Assembly: GCA_039804385.1 (NCBI GenBank)
Contig: JBDLWG010000426.1
Location: forward strand, 1-40,617
Length of the DNA: 40,617 nt
From: Bacteroidota bacterium
GTDB taxonomy: Bacteria; Bacteroidota; Bacteroidia; Chitinophagales; Saprospiraceae
Reading direction: 5' to 3'
A model generated the notes under the pieces. That model saw only the letters and a program-made list of their open reading frames with translations. It did not search any database and was not told where the DNA came from. The stretch's first letter is position 1; the number at the start of each line of letters is the position of its first letter. This document shows, piece by piece, positions 23,967 through 32,453 of this stretch. The translations under genes were made by a program, and so were the position numbers.

Positions 23967-24353
23967 TTATTGCCGCCTGCTAAATTTTGCCCTCATTTTT
24001 TTCTTAAATTTTTGATATTCAACGTATTGCACTTCTGTGAGGATGGGTTTTAGTTCACCATCTTTCTCTTGGCTGAGTTTTTCCATTTTCGCGCCCGTGC
24101 TTGACCAATCGCCTGTATTCAGTCCTTCTTCGGAAACTTCTTTGCGTTTTTCGGCGTATTTAAGTGCAATGGGAGCAATTTTTTTTGCTTGTTCGCCCGT
24201 CAAACTCAAATCTTTAGTCATCATTTCGACTTCTTTTTCGGCTAATACTTTGGGTTCGGGCATTTTAGGCGCACTGTCTTGTGCGTGTAATGTATTCATT
24301 ATCAATGCAAAACAAGTGCATATAATCGTGAATATTTCTTTAATTCGGTTCAT
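23967..24353 (-). CDS. secreted helical protein with LTxxQ-like motifs (Spy/CpxP-like?)
   Basis: Signal peptide, K/E-rich helical sequence, and LSLTGEQ and LTEVQ motifs. Confidence 0.45.
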   Translation of the reverse strand: MNRIKEIFTIICTCFALIMNTLHAQDSAPKMPEPKVLAEKEVEMMTKDLSLTGEQAKKIAPIALKYAEKRKEVSEEGLNTGDWSSTGAKMEKLSQEKDGELKPILTEVQYVEYQKFKKKMRAKFSRRQ

Positions 24354-24471
24354 TATGAAGTTTTGTTTTTTGTTACGAAATATAATTGGTTACGACAACA
24401 GCGCAAAGAAAAATACAATCTTTTAAATTTCAAGCACTTTTTGAAAATTTGACCATAAAATGACATTTCAG

Positions 24472-24534
24472 ATTTAGGAGTCGGGAAATTTATTTCCCGT
24501 GATTCGCGGGAAATAAATTTTCCGACTCCTAAAT
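24472..24534. repeat. 63-bp palindrome in a divergent promoter region (GTCGGGAAATTTATTTCCC family)
   Basis: ATTTAGGAGTCGGGAAATTTATTTCCCG-TGATTCG-CGGGAAATAAATTTTCCGACTCCTAAAT forms a 28-bp stem with one mismatch. Related single units occur at 20858-20880 and 32200-32220. Confidence 0.8.
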
Positions 24535-24645
24535 TTGTGATTTAAATAAAAACCTATTATATTTGCTTTCTGTCTTTCCCGATTTTGAACGAGAAACAGA
24601 CTTAATCAATTTATTCTTTCACAACAAAATGATAATCAACGTATT

Positions 24646-25407
24646 ATGGGTGCGAAAAAACGCATTGCGGAAACGCCTATCTCGGAGAAAATGACTTCCT
24701 CGAATCAAAAAACGCGCAAACAATGGACTAAAATCAAGGGTGAAAACGCTTGGACGATGTTCAAAGTGATTGCAGAATTTGTAGATGGGTTTGAAAAACT
24801 CAACTCTATCGGACCTTGTGTATCGATTTTTGGCTCGGCACGCACGAAACCTGGCAGTCCTTATTACGAATTGGCAGTGGCGATTGCCCGCAAAATGACG
24901 GACGAAGGTTATGGTGTGATTACGGGCGGCGGGCCTGGCATCATGGAGGCTGGTAATAAAGGAGCAAAATTGAATCAGGGCGTTTCAGTCGGTTTGAATA
25001 TTGATTTGCCGTTTGAGCAACATCATAATCCGTATATTGATGACGATAAAAGCCTTGACCACCGTTATTTTTTCATTCGCAAAGTGATGTTTGTGAAATA
25101 TGCCCAAGCTTTTGTGGTTTTGCCGGGTGGTTTCGGGACGATGGACGAACTTTTTGAGGTTTTGACCTTGATTCAAACTCGAAAAATTACAAAAGTGCCT
25201 GTGATTTTAGTTGGTACGAAATTTTGGACAGGTTTGAAAGATTGGTTTAAAAACATTATGTTTGAACAAGAACATAATATTAGTGAAGCAGACCTTGATT
25301 TATTGCCTATCACGGATGATGTGGAAGAAGTGGCGCGGATTATTGACGCGTTTTACAGTGACCCGAATAATCCTTTCAATATTTTGAAACCCAATTACGA
25401 GTTATAA
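24646..25407 (+). CDS. LOG family (TIGR00730-type) nucleotide phosphoribohydrolase
   Basis: GGGPGIMEA and PGGFGTMDELFE motifs. Confidence 0.85.
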   Translation: MGAKKRIAETPISEKMTSSNQKTRKQWTKIKGENAWTMFKVIAEFVDGFEKLNSIGPCVSIFGSARTKPGSPYYELAVAIARKMTDEGYGVITGGGPGIMEAGNKGAKLNQGVSVGLNIDLPFEQHHNPYIDDDKSLDHRYFFIRKVMFVKYAQAFVVLPGGFGTMDELFEVLTLIQTRKITKVPVILVGTKFWTGLKDWFKNIMFEQEHNISEADLDLLPITDDVEEVARIIDAFYSDPNNPFNILKPNYEL

Positions 25408-25410
25408 ATT

Positions 25411-25445
25411 AAAAAAAGGAATCAAGCATTTGCTTGATTCCTTTT
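25411..25445. terminator. bidirectional hairpin terminator between the LOG and rhomboid genes
   Basis: AAAAAAA-GGAATCAAGCA-TT-TGCTTGATTCC-TTTT, between convergent genes. Confidence 0.75.
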
Positions 25446-25471
25446 CAATTGCTTCATTCCTAATTCAATGC

Positions 25472-26245
25472 TCAAACATCCGTTGAACTCGTGTACCAAG
25501 TCCCGAAATACGGATTGTCATTTTTGCGCGCTTCCCACTCGCGCAACTGTCGTTCTTCCTCTGCTTGTTGTCTTTCAGCAATGGTTTGTTCAAACACATC
25601 GCGGGTGAAAAAATATTGTTTTGCCTCTTCGGTCTGCATATCGCGGGTCAATTCGCTGATTTCCAATTCTTCTTTGTAATAATAGGCTGCAAATATGCCC
25701 ACAAATCCGCCTATCAAATGACTTTGCCAACTAATATGATTGATTTCATTTTCCAATGAAGGTGCAATCCCTTGAAACATGCCGCCATAAATTGATAAAA
25801 CGAGCAATGCCAAAAGGATGGAATACGCGCTTCGCCGAAAAACGCCATTCCAAAATACAAACGATAACATCGCGTACACGACATAACTCGCCCCAATATG
25901 ATAGGCAGGATTTGCAAAAACCCACACTAACAATCCACTTACAAAGTACATTAAGACCATACTCCGTACCGCAACTCGTGGATAAAAATAGAAAATGGCT
26001 AAGGATAAGACGAAAAAAGGGACAGTATTCGCCGCTAAATGCCCCCAACCGCCGTGTAAAAACGGCGCGAAAAGGATGCCGCCCAATCCAATAGGCGTGC
26101 GCGGCAAAATGCCCCAATCGCCTAAATCTAAACGCAAACCGTATTGCGCAATATGTACCAACCAAATTGCCGCTACGAAAAGCAACGGAAATACTAAACT
26201 TTTGGACAAGTGCCGATTTTCGGCGGGGGTCATCGAAGTTGGCAT
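25472..26245 (-). CDS. rhomboid family intramembrane serine protease
   Basis: FLHGGWGHLAANT (HxxxxHxxxN), GASYVVYA (GxSx catalytic Ser) and SHLIGGFVG (catalytic His). Has a charged C-terminal extension. Confidence 0.85.
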   Translation of the reverse strand: MPTSMTPAENRHLSKSLVFPLLFVAAIWLVHIAQYGLRLDLGDWGILPRTPIGLGGILFAPFLHGGWGHLAANTVPFFVLSLAIFYFYPRVAVRSMVLMYFVSGLLVWVFANPAYHIGASYVVYAMLSFVFWNGVFRRSAYSILLALLVLSIYGGMFQGIAPSLENEINHISWQSHLIGGFVGIFAAYYYKEELEISELTRDMQTEEAKQYFFTRDVFEQTIAERQQAEEERQLREWEARKNDNPYFGTWYTSSTDV

Positions 26246-26552
26246 AGGTTATAAGGGCGATTTACATCCGCCTTCTTTTGTTTTTTAAAAACGTTGTTTT
26301 GAAAAAGGTTCTATTGGGTTTTCATTTGAAATTCCAACAAAAATGCACTCTTTTCAACCTTTTCAAAAACAGGAGAAGTGGATATTGTGACAACAATATT
26401 TTCATATCAGACGGCAAAATAATAGTTTTAGTACAAATGGGGTACATTTTTAGAGCCTTTTTTTGTTATATTTTTTTATTGTATGAGCAAAACTTTTTTA
26501 TATCCAAAAACTACCTTTTTGTGGTTATAAAATCCGAATTTAAAAAGTAGGA

Positions 26553-26701
26553 GGACTTTACGTAAGTGTTCGCAAAGTCCCCCATTTTATAGGGACTTTA
26601 CGAACACTTACGTAAAGTCCCTATAAAATGGGGAACTTTACGAACACTTACGTAAAGTCCCTATAAAATGGGGGACTTTACGTAAGTGTTCGCAAAGTCC
26701 C
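26553..26701. repeat. four-unit palindromic repeat array, GGACTTTACGTAAGTGTTCGCAAAGTCC family
   Basis: The units lie at 26553-26580 (forward), 26592-26621 (reverse), 26631-26661 (reverse) and 26671-26701 (forward). They are linked by CCCATTTTATAG / CTATAAAATGGG. The last base abuts the stop codon at 26702. Confidence 0.85.
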
Positions 26702-28351
26702 TTATTCTAAGACAATTTTTCCTTGTTTTCGATGCCCGTTATCATCTTCCAATTGATAAATATAAACACCTCCTACTAGCGTATTTCGTTGAATATCAAT
26801 GCTTTCTCCTCCTAAAAAAGATTGCACGCTTTGCACTTCTCGACCATTCAAATCAAATAATCGCAACCTGCATCGCCCTATCGTTGCTGTATGCCAAGTC
26901 AAAGTCGTTTTATCCGACATGGGATTCGGTGCAATCGTCACTTCCTTACCCACCACAGGCAAATCGACTGCGGCTGTTGGCAAGCCTGTCGTATCGGTCA
27001 AATACATGACGATTAAAACCATCATTTCATCATTAGAAGTGGGTCCGAAATGCACCGCAGTCGTACCATAATTCCGCCAAGTGGCTTGGTGGATAAAACC
27101 AGGATTCAAGGCAATCGGCAAAAAAGGTTCGTAATAACGGATCGGAATATGCCGATAATCAAAACTGGGTGCGGAACAACCTGGAATCCCATTGGAACAA
27201 GCTGCATCATATAACAGTTCCCCTTTTGTTCCATTCGCCAACCGCCGAAAAACTTTATAACCTGTTCCATATTTATGCGTATGCCCCATCACCCCCCAAG
27301 TATAAATCTTCCCTGTCCCTAATTGAAGACTGGCTTCTGCGGTAATCGTCTGGTTATTGGCAGGAATATTCAAATTTGTATTTGCCAAAAGCAAGGAACG
27401 CATTTCCTGCCGCGCCGTTCCCACAGGTTGTGTATAAACATTCACAAAGGCTTCTGCCTTATAAACATGAGTCGCATCGTAATTAATATAATGTGAATTG
27501 AGGTCTAAAACGCGTCCTGCTTCCCATTTGAAAGCGGTTTTAGGAGGCAATCTCAAATCAGTCGGCTCTTGAACGGCAGCTGAAACCCCGACATTGCTAT
27601 GATTGGGGTCTAATCGCAAGCCGTCTGGCACGGCACTTCCACCATTATTGGTAAAATTGTAAATAATAAAGTGGTGGGAATAATTGGCAAACAAAAAGTT
27701 TAAACGATTGACTTCTTTGGTTTGGGTCAAGTTTAATAATTCATGTTTTTGATAATATTCGAGTTCAGACCCTATGCGACCTTGTGGCGCGAGAAAAAAG
27801 GGTCCCATTTTGATTTGAAAACCTTCTGTTGCCGCAGGTGGCGCAGGTGCACCTTGTGGAAAAGCGGCTAAAGCCCGCCCTGTCGTATCGTAATACGCCC
27901 GAACCAACCCTTCTGGAACCGTCGTATTTTGATTTGCACCATATAAAATCCATTGACGGATAAACTCTTTCTCGGTATTGGTCAAACTGATGCCTGAACG
28001 CGGCATACTCGCTCCTTCATTCGCGCCAAGCGATAAAGTTGTTTCTAAACCATTGTTGATTTTATGAAACAAAAAACTCATATCCGCCCGCCCTGGATAC
28101 ACTAATTTGTAATTTTTAGCGGCGGCGGCAGCATTGGAAGGCGTTTTATTCAATAAATTGTTGAAAACGGCGATTTTTTTATTCGCCAGAGTTGCGCCAC
28201 TACCTTCCAAATCCAAATTACCCGAATGCACTGCATTGCTATGGCATGAAACACATTTTGTTTGAAATGTGTTGTAAATGGTATTGAAAACCTGTCCTTT
28301 CGTATCCGAATGGCTACTCCATAATAATATAAATATTAAAACCTTTTTCAT
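26702..28351 (-). CDS. secreted cytochrome c - PHM-like copper monooxygenase fusion with T9SS C-terminal sorting domain
   Basis: Signal peptide and a CVSCH haem-c motif followed by GNLDLEG. The copper-ligand pattern is HH (226-227), H287, HTH (357-359) and DEMM (441-444), with spacing like peptidylglycine alpha-hydroxylating monooxygenase. The C-terminus (IAPNPMSD...GVYIYQL...GKIVLE) is T9SS CTD-like. Confidence 0.65.
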   Translation of the reverse strand: MKKVLIFILLWSSHSDTKGQVFNTIYNTFQTKCVSCHSNAVHSGNLDLEGSGATLANKKIAVFNNLLNKTPSNAAAAAKNYKLVYPGRADMSFLFHKINNGLETTLSLGANEGASMPRSGISLTNTEKEFIRQWILYGANQNTTVPEGLVRAYYDTTGRALAAFPQGAPAPPAATEGFQIKMGPFFLAPQGRIGSELEYYQKHELLNLTQTKEVNRLNFLFANYSHHFIIYNFTNNGGSAVPDGLRLDPNHSNVGVSAAVQEPTDLRLPPKTAFKWEAGRVLDLNSHYINYDATHVYKAEAFVNVYTQPVGTARQEMRSLLLANTNLNIPANNQTITAEASLQLGTGKIYTWGVMGHTHKYGTGYKVFRRLANGTKGELLYDAACSNGIPGCSAPSFDYRHIPIRYYEPFLPIALNPGFIHQATWRNYGTTAVHFGPTSNDEMMVLIVMYLTDTTGLPTAAVDLPVVGKEVTIAPNPMSDKTTLTWHTATIGRCRLRLFDLNGREVQSVQSFLGGESIDIQRNTLVGGVYIYQLEDDNGHRKQGKIVLE

Positions 28352-28418
28352 GCGAAAAAAATTATTTGTAAATAATATGATAATAATGTGTGAATAATTA
28401 TAACAAATGGCACCTCTA

Positions 28419-28555
28419 AGGAACGTGAAATAAATAAAGTATCACTTTATTAAAAACCCGAAAAGAGCGAAAACAAAAATTTTTTTTGCAAAAAAATTTC
28501 TTTTTCGCTCTTTTCGGGTTTTAAAAGTGATACTTTATTTATTTCATGTTCCTAA
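28419..28555. repeat. imperfect palindrome of about 137 bp upstream of the monooxygenase gene
   Basis: The left arm AGGAACGTGAAATAAATAAAGTATCACTTTATTAAAAACCCGAAAAGAGCGAAAA pairs with TTTTCGCTCTTTTCGGGTTTTAAAAGTGATACTTTATTTATTTCATGTTCCT. The centre is A/T-rich. Confidence 0.8.
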
Positions 28556-28693
28556 GTTGATAAGGATTGGATTTACGTTGCGTAAACCCAAAAAATCCAA
28601 GTTTAAAAAAATATCAACTTTTCATTGACTTTTAGCATCCTAATGACTATTAATATATAAACAATCTTTATTCCACTACTCAAATTATTTTGT

Positions 28694-28843
28694 ATGAAAA
28701 AATTATTTTTATTAGCACTATATTTTCTATTGATATTCAATACAAAACACCTTCATTTAACTCATTATCCGAGTTCAAAAAAGATAAATGCTGATTGGGC
28801 AACCGTCCAAGAAGATGCTAAAAGTAAAGCATGGGTCAACTGA
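28694..28843 (+). CDS. possible 49-aa secreted/membrane micro-protein
   Basis: The ATG-initiated ORF reads MKKLFLLALYFLLIFNTKHLHLTHYPSSKKINADWATVQEDAKSKAWVN, with a hydrophobic N-terminus. A canonical plus-strand terminator lies downstream. There is no homology evidence. Confidence 0.3.
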   Translation: MKKLFLLALYFLLIFNTKHLHLTHYPSSKKINADWATVQEDAKSKAWVN

Positions 28844-28896
28844 AATATAAAACGAATTTGAATGTATTAATATTTTTCAATATTGGATTTCTATTT

Positions 28897-28931
28897 GCCT
28901 CATACCGACGCGTAGTATGAGGCTTTTTTTT
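28897..28931 (+). terminator. intrinsic terminator (plus-strand orientation)
   Basis: GCCTCATAC-CGACGCGTA-GTATGAGGC is followed by eight T. The T-run overlaps the helicase stop codon on the opposite strand. Confidence 0.75.
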
Positions 28932-31266
28932 AATTCAATATCTGCAATTTGGCATAATTCAACATAATTTTTTTGGGCGCATTTTCCGCGCCTTTAAACC
29001 GAATCGTCGCAACGCGCCCACTACCTGTACCTTCCACACCCAATACTTCGCCTTCTCCAAACCGTTGATGCAGCACCCGCAAACCTGGCAATATCGTACT
29101 CGGCGCGGCAGGTTTGAAATTCGCAAGGTCGATGCCAAGCGGCGGAGCCAATCCTGGCTGCATGCGTCCATTGCCAATGCCCATGCCCGTCACCCGCGAC
29201 CGCCCATCTGAAACGGTTGCTTCTTTTTCTTTGAAACCGTCAAAATGTTTTGGATTGATTTCATTCAAAAAGCGACTCGGTGCCGTATGTTGTAACGCCC
29301 CAAATCGGTAACGTGTTGCTGAAAAACTTAATGTTAAGAACAATTCTGCCCGTGTAATCGCCACATAAAACAAGCGGCGTTCTTCATCCAAACCTTGCGG
29401 CGTATCTTTCGCCATCAGTGATGGGAATAAATCTTCCTCCATGCCTGTTACAAAAACCGATTTATATTCCAAGCCTTTTGCGGAGTGAACGGACATTAAA
29501 GTTATCACATCTGCTTGTGGATCATTCAAATCTGCGTTCGTTACCAATGCAATATTTTGCAAATACGTTGGTAACGTTTTGTCTAAAATAATCAAATCAT
29601 CTTGGACTTCATCGTCATCACAAAATTCGGCAATCGCATTTAACAACGCATTGATATGTTCCATCCGCCCCAAACCTTCAATCGTCGTATCTTGTTTCAA
29701 TTTGTCTAACAATTGCGATTGTTTCACCACATATAACGCAATTTCATGTGCCGAACCGCGTTGAGCGCGTTGTATAAAATTTTCAATGAGTAACGCAAAA
29801 CCCGTTATCGCCGTCCGTTCTCGCGGCGTTCCGGGATATTCGCGCAGGGTTTCCCACATAGATTTGTTCAAACTATTCGCCAACATCGCAATTTTCCCAA
29901 TCGTCGCATCGCCAATCCCGCGTGCCGGATAGTTGATAACGCGTTTCAATGCCTCATCATCGCGCTGATTCACCACCAAACGCAGGTATGCTAACAAGTC
30001 TTTTACCTCTTTTCGGTCGTAAAACGAAGTGCCACCATACACCCGATACGGCAGATTTGCTCGCCGCAAAGCCTCCTCAAAAGCCCGCGATTGTGCATTG
30101 GTGCGATACAAAATAGCGATTTCTTTGTTTGCCAAGTGATGCCGATTTTTATGTTCAAAAATCGAATCCACTACCCGTTTTGCCTCCTCTTGATCATTAT
30201 TCGACTTGATAGCCGCAATCAATTGCCCTTCTCCTCTGTCCGTCCAAATCGATTTTTGGATTTGTTTCCGATTATTTAAAATCACCTCATTTGCCGCATT
30301 AACAATATGTCCTGTGGAACGATAATTTTGCTCTAATTTAAACGTTCTCAATTGTTTAAAATCGCGTTCAAAATCTAATATATTGTCAATCGTCGCGCCG
30401 CGAAACGCGTAAATCGATTGTGCATCATCGCCTACGACACAAATATTATGCAAACTGCCCGCATAATCCGACAATTTTCGCAAAATCGCATATTGCAATT
30501 GATTGGTATCTTGAAACTCATCCACTAAAATGTATTTAAATTTTTCTTGATATTTTTTACAAACGTCAGGATGCTCCGATAACAACGTGTAAAATTGATA
30601 CAATAAGTCATCAAAATCCATCGCACCTGCTTGTCTGCAACGCTTTACATATTCTGAATAAATTTTATAAATAAAAGGTCTTCGCGTAGTGGTATCCTGC
30701 GCAATGAGTTTGGTACTGACATCCAAATATTGCCGCATGCGGGCTTGACGCTCATATGGCAATCCTGCGATTTGCGCATCCGTCATTTCCAAGGATAATC
30801 CATAGATTTTAGGGGTAATCAAATTGCTTTTCGCCGAAGAAATGCGGGTCAAAATGGCATTTTCATGGTAAGCATCTTTGTCAAAACTCATTTCTTTGAT
30901 AACCGTGCGCAATAAACTTTTCGCATCATCGGTATCATATATTGAAAAATTGCTTGGATAACCCAATTTTTCGGCTTCACTGCGCAGAATCCGAGCAAAA
31001 ATCGAGTGAAAAGTCCCCGCCCAAACACGTTGTCCTCTATCGCCAATCACTTTGGCAATCCGTTCTTTCATTTCTCGCGCCGCTTTATTGGTGAACGTCA
31101 GCGAAAGAATTTCGGCAGGAGGCGCACCTTGTTCGATAAGATACGCGATGCGATAGGTCAAAACGCGCGTTTTGCCAGAACCAGGACCAGCCACAACAAG
31201 GACAGGTCCATCTGTTGCGGTCACGGCAGCGCGTTGACGGTCATTGAGGGAATCGAGATACGACAT
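28930..31266 (-). CDS. UvrD/PcrA/Rep family ATP-dependent DNA helicase
   Basis: Motif I AGPGSGKTRVL, motif II VDEFQDTN, and later helicase motifs (VHSAKGLE, YVAITRA). Has a C-terminal Tudor-like tail. The ATG at 31266 (MSYLDSLNDRQ) fits better than 31287. Confidence 0.9.
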   Translation of the reverse strand: MSYLDSLNDRQRAAVTATDGPVLVVAGPGSGKTRVLTYRIAYLIEQGAPPAEILSLTFTNKAAREMKERIAKVIGDRGQRVWAGTFHSIFARILRSEAEKLGYPSNFSIYDTDDAKSLLRTVIKEMSFDKDAYHENAILTRISSAKSNLITPKIYGLSLEMTDAQIAGLPYERQARMRQYLDVSTKLIAQDTTTRRPFIYKIYSEYVKRCRQAGAMDFDDLLYQFYTLLSEHPDVCKKYQEKFKYILVDEFQDTNQLQYAILRKLSDYAGSLHNICVVGDDAQSIYAFRGATIDNILDFERDFKQLRTFKLEQNYRSTGHIVNAANEVILNNRKQIQKSIWTDRGEGQLIAAIKSNNDQEEAKRVVDSIFEHKNRHHLANKEIAILYRTNAQSRAFEEALRRANLPYRVYGGTSFYDRKEVKDLLAYLRLVVNQRDDEALKRVINYPARGIGDATIGKIAMLANSLNKSMWETLREYPGTPRERTAITGFALLIENFIQRAQRGSAHEIALYVVKQSQLLDKLKQDTTIEGLGRMEHINALLNAIAEFCDDDEVQDDLIILDKTLPTYLQNIALVTNADLNDPQADVITLMSVHSAKGLEYKSVFVTGMEEDLFPSLMAKDTPQGLDEERRLFYVAITRAELFLTLSFSATRYRFGALQHTAPSRFLNEINPKHFDGFKEKEATVSDGRSRVTGMGIGNGRMQPGLAPPLGIDLANFKPAAPSTILPGLRVLHQRFGEGEVLGVEGTGSGRVATIRFKGAENAPKKIMLNYAKLQILN

Positions 31267-31489
31267 TTTGGTATGTTTTTTCTGCACAAATGGAATAAAG
31301 GTACAAAGAAAACAAAAAATTTTGATTTAGATTGTAGGATTTTGTAAAAAATAAGGGATGCGCAAGTCTATTAAGCCTTTTAGTATGGATTTTAAATTGC
31401 TTTTTATTGCTTTATAATTTGGTTAAATCTGCTTTCTCAAATGCGATTGAGGCTATTTATAAAACGATGATTGCACGGCATTTCCCAAT

Positions 31490-32041
31490 TTAGAGCATCA
31501 ATGTCATTAAAGGAATATCGCTTTTTTCAAACAAATTGCATAAAAATTGGAATCCGCCTAAACTTAAATATAAACAAATAGTCCAAATAGTTGAAATTCT
31601 ATATACATTTTTCGCCCCATTTTCGGTATTATTTTGAATAAAAACCAAACCTGTCGCTGCACATATCGCAAACATTACTAATAAAAATAAACTGCTTTCG
31701 CAACCCAAACGGGCATATTGCGCCGCGCAAAAAGCACTAATCAGCGTTCCCAAAAGGCTGAAAAGCCAATAAACAACGGTCGTATCGGTATTGCGCATTT
31801 TAAGATGCGTCCAAAAACAAGCAGATTCGGCATCCAATCCGCGAATTTGTTGCCCAAGCGACAACGTAAAACTATTCAAACACGCAACGGCTATAAAAAA
31901 TAGAAACCCTTTCGCTCCATCTGCACAACTTTGAGTATAGGCAATCGCGGCAAAACTGGTCATCAATATCAAAAACGTGTGCATCCAAAAGGATAAATGA
32001 ACGTTTTGTCCTTTATAAATTTGTCTTAAAAATGGAATCAT
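31490..32041 (-). CDS. hypothetical polytopic membrane protein
   Basis: About 5-6 hydrophobic segments. No motif recognised. Confidence 0.45.
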   Translation of the reverse strand: MIPFLRQIYKGQNVHLSFWMHTFLILMTSFAAIAYTQSCADGAKGFLFFIAVACLNSFTLSLGQQIRGLDAESACFWTHLKMRNTDTTVVYWLFSLLGTLISAFCAAQYARLGCESSLFLLVMFAICAATGLVFIQNNTENGAKNVYRISTIWTICLYLSLGGFQFLCNLFEKSDIPLMTLML

Positions 32042-32453
32042 TGGCTGTTCGCTTTAAAAAAAGGTTTCTCATGTAATTTTTTAATGCAGTAGCGTAGCAA
32101 ATAATTTAAACCAAAAAAGCAGATTGAAATCGTTTTTTATTTTTATTTAAAATTTAATTTTAATCAATGTCTAAAAACGAAATAAGATTTGCAATAAATG
32201 TCGGAAAATAAATTTCCCAACTTCAACGGCTTCAATCTGCCCTAATCTGCTAAACACTTTGCTCCACTGCTTTCAAGACAATTCAATAGCATCTCAAAAG
32301 CCCTGTTGAGACTTTTAAGTGGATTGGAAGTAACATCAACATTTTTGGAATATGTCGGCGGCTTCAGCTCCATGAATATTGAAAGTGGGGTGAAATTAAC
32401 TTTGTTTTATATTTCAGTAAAAACGATATGACCAATGCCGTGCCAAAATGCAA

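Noticed and set aside
26278-26550. 90-aa plus-strand ORF in the rhomboid/monooxygenase intergenic region
   Set aside because: The product is extremely AT-rich and F/K/I/L-dominated with no motif. It runs into the repeat array and is most likely non-coding promoter or spacer DNA.
26553-26701. Possible CRISPR array (regularly spaced repeats); the same question applies to 38241-38397
   Set aside because: The 'spacers' are identical or reverse-complementary copies of each other. The units alternate in orientation and are self-complementary. There are only four units, and no cas genes or leader are present. The array behaves as a REP/BIME-like palindromic cluster, not CRISPR.
26686-27009. 107-aa plus-strand ORF starting inside the repeat array
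   Set aside because: It begins within repeat unit 4 and lies antisense to the T9SS CTD of the 549-aa gene, whose frame has clear domain signatures.
28930-31287. UvrD-family helicase as a Gabija GajB-like partner of the OLD-like ATPase/Toprim pair
   Set aside because: It lies about 20 kb from the pair and has host-like composition. It also has a full PcrA/UvrD motif set with a Tudor-like C-terminus, and it is flanked by unrelated genes. It is most consistent with the housekeeping repair helicase.
32042-32453. Possible small gene or ncRNA in the 412-bp gap upstream of the GH3 gene (for example a 43-codon minus-strand ORF MELKPPTYSKN...)
   Set aside because: There is no terminator, no motif and no convincing structure apart from a short distant inverted repeat (GCAGATTGAA / TTCAATCTGC). 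The evidence is too weak to call anything.
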